A stretch of 64,000 nucleotides of DNA from assembly GCA_000388065.2 (NCBI GenBank), contig KB932203.1; one strand, written 5' to 3'. The notes beneath the pieces were generated by a model. It saw only the letters and a list, made by a program, of their open reading frames with translations. It was not told where the DNA came from and made no database searches. Positions 1-9,886 of the stretch are shown here, piece by piece. This DNA is from Fonticula alba ATCC 38817 (lineage: Eukaryota > Protista > Nucleariida). The position numbers were made by a program, and so were the translations under genes. Numbering within the stretch: position 1 is the stretch's first letter; each line of letters opens with the position of its first letter.

Positions 1-893
1 CGTGGATTTGGCCCTGCGCCGGGCGCACGCCTGGGCCCCGGCCGACGCGGTCGCAAATGCCCCCGCGGCAGCCCCCACCACCGCCACTGTCACCGCCACC
101 CCCGCCAGCCGCGCGCCTTCCCTCCCCGCGACCCGGTCCCAGTCCGGACCCGGGGGCGACCCGTTCATTGCGCCGGCCCAGCGCTCGGCCACCGGCCTCG
201 GGATCGACAACGACTCGTCGCCGGATGCCACGGCCATTCTCCGGTTGTCGGGCTCCTCCCCGGCGACCGGGGGCTTTCCCCACTTGACAGCGCTGCCCAT
301 GTCTTCGCCGCTGGCTTCGCCGCTTCCCGGGCCCGGGGAATCGCCGGCTGCGGTGGCGGCTTCGGCCGCGGCCGCCCTGCTGGCCGTCGGGTCCCCCTCG
401 GCGCCACAGACCCCGAGCGAGTCGCATGTGGACTCGCCGCATGCCGCCATCATGGCGACCACCGCGGCCGGCCCGGCTGGTGGACCCACATCCAGCCCCG
501 GCGGCAACTTCACCCCCCAGCAGCAGGCTCCCCAGCTTTTCTCCTGGCAGTCGTCCTTCCCCCTGTCGCTGCCGCCCACGTCAACCGGTGCGTCCGCCGG
601 CGTGCCCTCACCGTCATCCGGCGTGCCCTCCGGCTGACTGTGTGTGCTTTCCCTGCCATCTCGCTCCCCCCCCCCCTCCCCCACCCCTTCCGTCCTCCGG
701 CTCCTGCTCCGCGCGGCGCTTCTTTCGCCAGCCTCCCTGCGGCAAACTCTCTCGGATTTCCTGCAAAACCCGACGGCCAGCGGCGTGGATGGCCTCCAGG
801 CATCCCTCGGCAAGTATCAGGCCGCTTTGCAGGCGGATTCGCCACGCGCTGCCGGGGCCGATTCGGCCCTGTTGGCTGCCCTGGTTCCGGCGG

Positions 894-924
<31 letters not shown>

Positions 925-1252
925 GGCGGCGGCGACGGCGACCACGGGGCCAGCGACGGCGGCCCAGCCGCAGCCTGCCGCCCCGTCTGCATCGCCCTCC
1001 ATCGGCGGCCTGGCCAATGCCGGGTACCTGGTGCTGGGGCAGGGTGCTCGGAGTGGCTCCTCGGCTTCTCTGCCCTCCGCAACCGCCTCCGCCGCTGCCC
1101 TGGCAGGCTCCTCCGGCTCCAGCGCGCAGGACCTCCTTTCGCCACCGCCTTCCTCCGCGGCCAGCAGCGATGTGGCCTTCCTTTTGAGCCCGACCGCGCC
1201 CGACAGCGGCTCACTGCTCGCGGCTGCCTCGCCCAATAGCCTGCCCATGTCT

Positions 1253-1297
<45 letters not shown>

Positions 1298-3103
1298 TCC
1301 AGGGCGACGGCGGCGCGCTTGCGCTCGGTCCCTGACACCCAGCCGACGGCTGCCCTGTCGGCCTTCCTCAAGATGGCTCCATCGGCATCGGTGGCTCCCA
1401 CCGCGGCCACCAGTACCTGGGGCGCTCCGACCCCGGCCAGCCAAGCCTCCACGCCGGCTGGCCTTCCTGCCACCATGGCCGCCGCCGCCGCCACCACCAC
1501 CACCACCGCCACTACCAGCGGGACCACCATTCCCGCCTCTGTCGCCAGCGCCGACGCCATGGGTTCGGTCGGTGTCTCGCGGGGCGTCCATGATGCCGCA
1601 CAGGCGGCGGCCTCCACATCGACCGCTGTGTCCACTCGGCAGATGGCCATGGCCATGACGCCGGTCTCCACCGCCGGGCCGACCACGGTCCCTGCCACTC
1701 ACTCGCCCGCCATGCCGACCCCCGCCACCGGGTCACACACTCCCCATCACCATGCGCACGAGGGGCCGGACCATGGGACGCATGGCCACGCGCACCATGG
1801 TCAGCATGACCACGGCCAGCATCCCCGGCAGCAGCAGCAACAGCAGCAGCAACAGCAGCAGCGCCACCACCACCACCAGCGGCAGCAGCAGCAGCAGGAG
1901 CATCATCATGCCCAGCACCACGTCCACCACGACCACCACCATCACCACCACGACCACCACCTTGAGGACGACTCGCCCGAGGCCGAGGCCGTTGCCACGC
2001 TCCGGGCTTTGAGCCACTCCTCCTCCGGCATCTTCCAGTCTCCCCAGTCCCAGAGCAAGGAGGATTCCGGGGCACCGGAGAGCGGTGCCGGCGGCCCGGT
2101 TGGTAGCCCGGGCACCGGAAGCGGGGACCCAGACACGCCGGCCGGTGCCCCGGCCGCCGGCACCCCCGGGGCCCTGCTGGCGTCGGATCTGTCCGACGCC
2201 TCGAGTCCGGGCTTCGATGTGCTGGGTGCCGGGGGCCGGGGCATCACCGGGACTGGCTCCGGCACTCCCTCGACTGCCTCGGACGCTGGCGCCGGCGCCG
2301 GCGCCGAGAAGCATGTGGAATTCTCGCTGAAGTATGCCAGCTTCGATGCCCAGTGCGAGGGCGATGCCCTGCAGGTGGCCCGAGTGCTGGAGATCCCCCT
2401 GGGGGCGGCCAACCTCTCGGACACCATCCTGGCGCCGGGGTTCCTGCAGTCGCGCACGCACGCCGATGATGATGGCAAGCTCTCGCACCACTTGACCAGC
2501 CTGCTGCACCGGCACCTGCGCAGCTCGGACTTCTTCCTGCGGTTGCGGCTCGGACCGCGGGCGGCCCCGAGCATGGGGGAATCCCCCCCGGGCGGGGGGG
2601 GCCCTGACCATGCCGGATCCTCTCCCCAGGCCGCGGGGGAGCACCACCCGGCCGGTCGCCCCGCGGCGCCGGACTCCTCCCCGGCCGCCGCCGGGGCCGG
2701 TGGTCCAGGCAAGGCAGCCTCGCGGTCGCCGCTGGGCGGTGACAGCCACCGCTTCGCTTGGTTCCATGTGATGGCCAATGCCATTGTCGGACCCTTTGAA
2801 TATGTGCGTTCCGGCCTTTTCCCCTTTTTTTTCTCCCTCTCTCCGTCCCTCTCTCTCCCTCTCTCTCTGTATCCCTATCAGGTTGGTGGCGTGCTCGCTC
2901 CCCCTCCCTTCTGGATGCAGGGTCCCTGGCCTTTCATATACATGATGGGCTTGCTAACATGGGTCCCCCACCCGCTCCTCCACACATGCCCTCCATGTCC
3001 TCCCCCCCCCCATACCGGCCCCTCGCCGTCCGCGGTGACACCTCACACCCGCCCAGGACCCCGTCTGGGTGGATTGCCAGTTCCGTCGGCTGCCCTCGAG
3101 TGA
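1..3103 (+). CDS. 5'-truncated low-complexity (Ala/Ser/His/Gln-rich) protein with C-terminal PAS-like domain; exons <1-587, 732-2803, 2882-3103 (last acceptor uncertain)
   Basis: ORFs 2..637 and 644..3103 share a frame and join through a GTGCGT(588)...GCCAG(731) intron. The segment FLQSRTHADD...DFFLRLRL...FAWFHVMANAI resembles the PAS_3 pattern (HPDD / EYRLR / YRW). A second GTGCGT donor lies at 2804. Confidence 0.6.
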
Positions 3104-3712
3104 AATGCCCAAAAACAGCCTCACCTACTGATGGGCGGGGGAAGGGCGCACGCGTGGGTTGTCGCTGATCAGCGCGTGTGTGTGCACGCGCGCGCACGCA
3201 CGCACACGCGTATGCGCCCCGGCATGCGCTTCGGCATCTCCGTTGGTCAGACCCTGCTCCCTCCTTGTGCCCCCCTCCTTGCGCCCCCTCTTCCTCTTCT
3301 CGGCGGCACGCCCACACCCACACCGATCCCTCTGGCCCGCATTTTCCACAGGCGGCCAAAAGGGGCACACTTGTCCTTGGTTTCCTTCTCCTCCCTCTCC
3401 CTCTCTATCTCTCTCTCTCTCCTCCCTCACCTTCTCCATGCTTGGCCATGGCTCTCCAACGCTCTCCTCTTAGGGAAGTCCTCCCCCCCCCCTCCCCTCC
3501 CTCCTCTCCCCCATACAATAGACCCCTAGTTTTCTCAATCCCTCAAAAGGTGTCTGCGGCCCCTCCCATATGACCGCCGGCGCACATGTAGACCTGTCAC
3601 CCCGCATTGTCCATCACCCGAAAGAGGCATCTGTCCATTACGATCACCGGGGGGATGCACCCCCCGAGGGACGTCCCGGGCTGTTGCATCCAGCGACCGG
3701 AAGGGGCACACA

Positions 3713-6058
3713 CTACTCCGGGGAATGGTCCTCACCGCCGGACTCGCTGTCACCAAGCCCGGCGTCCATCTGGGCCACCGGGCCGGGGGCCAGATACTCA
3801 GCCGCCAGGGCAAGATCAATCTTGACCGGTCGCGCCGACTGGGGATTCCGACAGTTGATCCAAAGTGCGGTGAAGTCCCCGGCGAGGAGGGCATCCTCGG
3901 TGTCGGAGCCCGACGCATCGTCCTCCCACTTGGCCAGGACTGGCGGGGGCACAAAATGAGGCGCCCCCGGGGGGGGCTGGCCCGCGGACCCGGCCGGAGC
4001 ATCGGCCACTTCCCCCGGGCACCCTCCCGCCGCTGGCAGGCTGCCACCTATGACAGTGGCAAGGGGTCGGAAGTTCCGAATGGCCGCGGCCACCTGCCGG
4101 CCGGGCGAGGCCCCTCCGGACAAGACCCACAGCTGCTGCCCTGGACCGACATCCGGCGGGGCAATGGCCAGGGTCCGGAGGAACTCCGCCGGCAGGGTAT
4201 CCCCCGGCCGGGGGCAAGTGGCCCCCCCGGTGACGGTCGTCCGCTCGAAGGCCGGCGATCCGGCGGCCATGGCCGCCGAGAGGGCCTGCTTGGCACCGGC
4301 ATACGCCACCTCCACCCGGCTGGCCGGGCTCCCGGCATCGGCCAGGGTCTCCGCCGCACCGAGATACCGATCGCAAGGGCCCGCCGGCTCGGCGCCACCG
4401 GCGGCCACGCCCTGCCGCAAATCCGGCCGCTCCCAGTCGGCGAAGGTGAGCTGACTGCCCGACGCCTGGGCCTCCCCCGAGACCGGGGCCCCAGGCAATC
4501 GACCAGGGTATGCCACGATGACCAGGCGCTCGGTCACGGTTGGAGCCTTGCCACGCGAACGCCCGGCCTTCCCCCGGCCAAATACCCAGTCCCGGTGCTG
4601 GTGCGTGGCCCGCCAGGCCCGGACCAGCCCCGAAACCGGGGCCCCGACGCGCTCGGCGAAGTACGCCTGCCGGCGATAAGCCAGGTCCAGCAGATCCCGC
4701 TGCTGCTCCGGGTCCCTGCTGACCGCCAGCGGGGACTTGGAGTTCGCGGAGGTGCTCGGGGCACTGGCCCCCGGGCCCGGGGGACTGGGCTCCGGTGAGG
4801 GAGATCGCCCGCGGCGGCCGCCCCGCTTGGTGGCGGCCTTGCCCGCCTTGCCCGCCTTGCCAGCGGACCGCCCACCACGACCTCCCGGCGCGGGCTCCGG
4901 CTCGGGCTCCGGCGAGGGGGACCGGCCACGCCGGGCACCACGCTTGGTGGACCCCTTGCCTGGGCGGCCAGACCCGGCCCGAGGCCCGGCATCGTCGCCA
5001 GGCCCGGCGGGGCCAGGGCCGTCCTCCTCGCCGAGCCCCGGCGGCCGGGCAAACAGAGTCCCCCGGGCCAGGTGCTGCTGGATGGCCGTGTCACAGGCAT
5101 CGCGCGCGCCGCCGCCGGACGGCAGCCCCACCGCCACACAGTCGCCCTCCAGCACAGACAGCAGGCGCTCCGACTGCCAAACTACCGGAGTCCGGCGGCC
5201 GGTCATTTGCAGCAGCTCGGCATATCCCCCGAGGCCGAGCCAGTGAACATGGTCCAGGGACACCAGGGCATGTGTATAGCGCGTGGCCAGACGCACCGCG
5301 GCCGGGTGATCGCCGAAGCCCCCGGGCGAGAGGAGCACCGACAGCCGGGCCCACCGGCGGAGCAGTTGCGCGAAGACCGTCACAAACCACAGGAGCTGGG
5401 CTCGGCCAAGGCGACCACCGGGCGACAGGGCATCCCCCGGGCCGGATGCAGCCAGCTGCCGGGCAAAGTCATCGGTCGAGGGGGAGTCCGCCGGCTCGCG
5501 GGTGTCGTCGCTGCTGTCGCTGGCGCCATCGCCGCGGTCGGCGTCAGCGGCGTCAGCGGCGTCAGCGGCATCATCGGCGTCTCCGGCAGCGGCGCTGATG
5601 CTGGCCGGCGCCGTGCTCAGCGACATGATGTCGGCCATGGCCAGGGCGGCCTCGGCCGCAGCATCAATCACCACCCGACGGTCGGACTCGGGCTTGGGAA
5701 GGGCGGCACCCGAGGCCGGGGAGATTGGCGAGGGAGAGGCCGCGGGGGATGCCGCGTCGGTCGATCGCCGCGGTCGGATGAAGAAGCTGCCCCCGGCAGG
5801 ATCGCCAAGCATCTCCCACTCGGCCGGGTCATACTGCTCGGCGTCCTCGGCATCGCTGCCGGACGCGTTGGCCGCGTCGCGCGATCCCGGGAAGAGAAAG
5901 GTCGTCGAGGCCTGGCAGGCCTCCACCGTCGGGGGGAAGAGCGACCCATTGAGGACCAGGATGTCGACATCGGCTCCCTTGCCGGTGTGGAGATACTTTT
6001 GCAGGGCGACCAGCCGTCGAGTACACCCTCGGAGATCGGAGGCGACGAGAACTTTCAT
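3713..6058 (-). CDS. Degenerate calcineurin-like metallophosphoesterase-fold protein (COG2129/Icc-like), 781 aa, apparently single exon
   Basis: ATG start. The N-terminus MKVLVASDLRG...DVDILVLNGSLF matches MPP motifs I/II. The C-terminal GRQVAAAIRNFRPLATVIGGS...WINC resembles the GS-AVR-AIE-FQP-L-LHGHIHE...VNPG pattern. Confidence 0.55.
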   Translation of the reverse strand: MKVLVASDLRGCTRRLVALQKYLHTGKGADVDILVLNGSLFPPTVEACQASTTFLFPGSRDAANASGSDAEDAEQYDPAEWEMLGDPAGGSFFIRPRRSTDAASPAASPSPISPASGAALPKPESDRRVVIDAAAEAALAMADIMSLSTAPASISAAAGDADDAADAADAADADRGDGASDSSDDTREPADSPSTDDFARQLAASGPGDALSPGGRLGRAQLLWFVTVFAQLLRRWARLSVLLSPGGFGDHPAAVRLATRYTHALVSLDHVHWLGLGGYAELLQMTGRRTPVVWQSERLLSVLEGDCVAVGLPSGGGARDACDTAIQQHLARGTLFARPPGLGEEDGPGPAGPGDDAGPRAGSGRPGKGSTKRGARRGRSPSPEPEPEPAPGGRGGRSAGKAGKAGKAATKRGGRRGRSPSPEPSPPGPGASAPSTSANSKSPLAVSRDPEQQRDLLDLAYRRQAYFAERVGAPVSGLVRAWRATHQHRDWVFGRGKAGRSRGKAPTVTERLVIVAYPGRLPGAPVSGEAQASGSQLTFADWERPDLRQGVAAGGAEPAGPCDRYLGAAETLADAGSPASRVEVAYAGAKQALSAAMAAGSPAFERTTVTGGATCPRPGDTLPAEFLRTLAIAPPDVGPGQQLWVLSGGASPGRQVAAAIRNFRPLATVIGGSLPAAGGCPGEVADAPAGSAGQPPPGAPHFVPPPVLAKWEDDASGSDTEDALLAGDFTALWINCRNPQSARPVKIDLALAAEYLAPGPVAQMDAGLGDSESGGEDHSPE

Positions 6059-6062
6059 TGTT

Positions 6063-6098
<36 letters not shown>

Positions 6099-6264
6099 AT
6101 TGGCTACCGATGTGCGGAGGAAGGCATGTGCGTGCGAGGGCAGAAGGAACGCGGAGAGGGCCGGCGAGGTGCTGCGGTGATGGGATATTGCTGTTGGATG
6201 AGGGAACAATCGCCGGACCGCGCCCAGGTGCCGAGTCATCGTGGAGCAATGCTCCCTCCCCGCG

Positions 6265-6351
<87 letters not shown>
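6265..6351. repeat. Poly-C homopolymer (~87 nt)
   Basis: Directly visible uninterrupted C run upstream of the 6058 ATG. Confidence 0.95.
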
Positions 6352-7082
6352 TGGGGCTCACGCACATCCCTGCCTCGGCTTCTTGCTGCCACGCCCGCCC
6401 GCGTCCGTGCCCCCGTCCGCCATTGGGAGCACCGCCCGGGAGATCGCGAGACGCTGGATCGGTGGCATCTGGGTTTGACGGTCGGATTAACACTTAACTC
6501 GCCCCTCTTTCGCGAATGGAATGTATTCTATCGGAATGGGAATCTGAATGTGTGCGCGTGCGCCTGCTGGGGCTGCTAGTTGTGCGGAACAGCGCCGGGC
6601 GACAAAGGCACAGAGCAGGGGGACGGCACCGGCGGCAGACGGGGCCGGACATGGGCTCATGACAGGTGAGGGGCAGATGTTGAGGGCTTGTCCTGCCCTT
6701 GTGTCCGTCTCTTCTGCTGGCCGTCCCTCCTCCGGCCGCCAGCCAGCCAGGCACACTGGGTCCCGCTCTGTGTTGTTACGAAGGAGATATCTATCAAAAT
6801 TGCACACACCATGTGCGCGATATTCGGAAAGGCGATGAGAGGAGGATGGGGGGGGGGGGCGGACAGCGGGACGGGTAGGGGGGGGGGGGGGGGCCCGGGG
6901 CGGCCCTGGCCCGGGTTGGAGGGTGTCTTTCTCGTCGATTCGCCCCCCCCCCCCCCCTCCCCTCCCGCCAATGGTACGCCCTTTTGGTGTCCCCTCCCCT
7001 CTTCTTTCCTCCCCTGCCTTTAGCCCATGCCCCCTCACGCCCCCTCCCCCTCCCCCCCCCTCCCCCCCTCACGCCCCCCGCC

Positions 7083-7187
7083 NNNNNNNNNNNNNNNNNN
7101 NNNNNNNNNNNNNNNNNNNNNNNNNNNNNNNNNNNNNNNNNNNNNNNNNNNNNNNNNNNNNNNNNNNNNNNNNNNNNNNNNNNNNNN

Positions 7188-7252
<65 letters not shown>

Positions 7253-7710
7253 ATGGGACGACGGCGGGGGCGGGGGCGGGGCCTGGGTCGCCGCTGGCGA
7301 TGAGGCCAGCCCGGCGGACCCTGGGTAGGAGGCGTCGGAGGCCCGGCGCCCGGTGCCACTGCCGGCCGGCCCGGCCATCAAGATGCCATCTTGGTGGATG
7401 ACCAGTGCCGGGGGGGGAGGAGGCACGGCCGCCCCGCCTCCGGTGCCGCTGGTCCCGCCGTTGGCGCTCGGCGAGGCAGATGTGCCCATGGCCGGGGATG
7501 GGCCCAGCCAGGGGCCCGGCGAGGGCCCCCCGCTGGACACCCTTCCCGCGCCTCCGGGGGTACGGGCATCTCCCCCACCGCCGGCGAGGATGTTTGTGGG
7601 CGCCTGGTCCACATCCTCCACCAGCATCAGCAGTTGGTGGTGGTGGAAGCTCAGGGGCCGAGCGGGTGTGTTGGCTGCCGGGCCTGTGGTATTGCCACCA
7701 CCACCGCCTC

Positions 7711-7741
<31 letters not shown>

Positions 7742-8269
7742 AGTGCTGAGCCCCGCGGAATCGGTGGAGCTGGCGCTCAGGCAGCGACGCATGGTGAGCT
7801 CGCTGTCGGCCGCGGGTGGCTGCAAAAGCCCGTATTGGCCGCCGGCGCCGGCGCCAGGCCCAAGCCCAAAGGGACTGGTCGAGGAGGATGACCCCGTGGA
7901 AGAGGCCCCGGCTGCCGAGGCGGACGACGTAGACAGCTGCGCCATGGACAGGGCATTGCCGCTGCCATGGCCGCCGCTGCCCGCGCCGCTGCCACCATGC
8001 CCAGGCGGCGCGGGGACCGGCGGCTGCCCGGCCGTGGCGTCGAAGCTGCCCGAGCGTGCATTCGGCCCCCCGAAGGACGGGAACCGCGAGTCGAAGTGCT
8101 GGCCGGATGCCATATTGCCGGAGCAGCCTTCGCCGGAACTCGACTGCAGCGGCGGCGGCGGCGGCGGCGGAGGCAGCAGACCGCCATCCTCCAGGGCGCC
8201 AGGCCCCGAGGCGTAGAAGCTAGTACCGGGTGTCGAGCCACCCCCGGGGTATTGGCCATTACCGGCCTG

Positions 8270-8311
<42 letters not shown>

Positions 8312-9853
8312 GTGTTGTTGGTGTTGTTGCTGCTGTTGGTGTTGCTGCTGCTGCTGATGGTGATGCGGGCCACCGCTGGGGAAAAGCCGGCCGACGTCCG
8401 ACAATTTCCGATCGGGGGGGAATTGCGGCCGGTTGACGCGCGGGGAGTTGACCGCCGGCGAGGGACGGCGCTTGCCGATGCGCCGACCGCCGAAGCTCGC
8501 CGGAGCCGGCGACACCGGGCCCGGGCCCAGATCATCATCCGGCGAGAGCTCGGTGCTGTGCTTGTAGTCGGAGATGCCTCGGGCGGTTTCGATGTGACTG
8601 CGTGTTCGAGACACGCGTTTCGGGGTCCGAATGCCTGATGTGGGGGTCGAGGCACCCAGGCGCAGGGGGGTGCTGTTGCCGGCGGCGGCGGCGGCGGCGG
8701 CTGCGGCGGCCGCCGCCGCGCTGGATGCATCGCAGAAGGGCAGCCCGCTGCCCGGGGCCCCGGTGCCAGTGCATCCGCCACAGCCGCCACAGCCGCCGCA
8801 TCCACCGGGCCCGGTGCCACCGCCGGCAGCCAGCCCCGCTCCGGGGCCGCCAAAAGCCGGGCTGGGGGAAGTGGCAGCGGCCGCGGCCGCGGCCGCGGCG
8901 GCCGCAGCAGCCTGTGCCGCTTGCGCCGCCCGCCGGGCCTGGCCATCATCGGGGAAGCGTGTGACCCGCGTGCCGGAGTCACTGTCCGGCGCATCGGCAG
9001 ACGGCCAGCCGCCTGCGCTGGGGCCTGTGGGGCTGGCATACTGGCCGCCGGGGCCGGGGCCGGGGCCGGAGCCCGGGCCCCCACCGGTCCCATGGAATGC
9101 CTGGAAGTCGCCCCCCGGCCCGGTGCCGAAGGAGAGATTGCCGGAGAAGGGCACCGACCGGAAGTAGCCCCCGGCGTCGTTGTGCTCCGGCCCGGGCGGC
9201 ATCGGCTGGCCAAGACCGAAGCTCCCCTCGCCGAAGAGCCCCATGGACAGCGAAGCAAAGGAAGACCCCGGGGGGAAGGACAGCGGCTTGCCGGTGTGCT
9301 CGATGTTGCTTTGCGACCGGCGAAGGATGCGCCCCGGGGCCGGGCCGCCGAAGGGGGACCCGGTCGGCGGGCCTGGCGAAGGCCCGGCCCCGGTGGCCGC
9401 CAAGGCGCTGGTGTGGTGCGCCGCGGGCGAGGGGGCCGGCGAGGCGGCCGGCGAGGCGGCCACCACCACCACCCCGCCCGGCGGGCCGCCGCGCATGCCA
9501 GCAATGCCCATGTCAAAGAGCCCGCCCTCGAAGCCGGTCGGCCCGCCGGGGCCCAGCCCCAGGTTCGAGTCATTCCGGTGGACATTGAGCGGGAGGCTCT
9601 CGCTGGAGAAGCACGACCGGAAGGCCGCCGACTGCAGCAGGCCCCGGTGTGCGGCCTCTTTCGGGGAGGCGCCGTCCGAGCGCGATGCCAGAAAGTGCTC
9701 GGTGCTGCCACGCCGGGAGGATGACGGCTGGTCGTCACCTTCCTGTGCATCCTCCTCGTCCGGGTGCGGGTGGTAGGCCGGCGGGTGGTATTGCGATGGC
9801 GGGCCCGGCTGGTACTGGTACTGGGCGTGGGGCTGATGGTAGGGCGAGTTTTG

Positions 9854-9886
<33 letters not shown>

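Noticed and set aside
3550-3959. + strand ORF 3570..3959 as a further exon of the PAS-like gene
   Set aside because: It mostly overlaps the 3' end of the - strand phosphoesterase-like CDS, and I found no in-phase donor linking it.
9562-9571. tRNA T-loop-like GGTTCGAGTC
   Set aside because: No T-stem pairing or cloverleaf, and it lies within a coding exon on the opposite strand.
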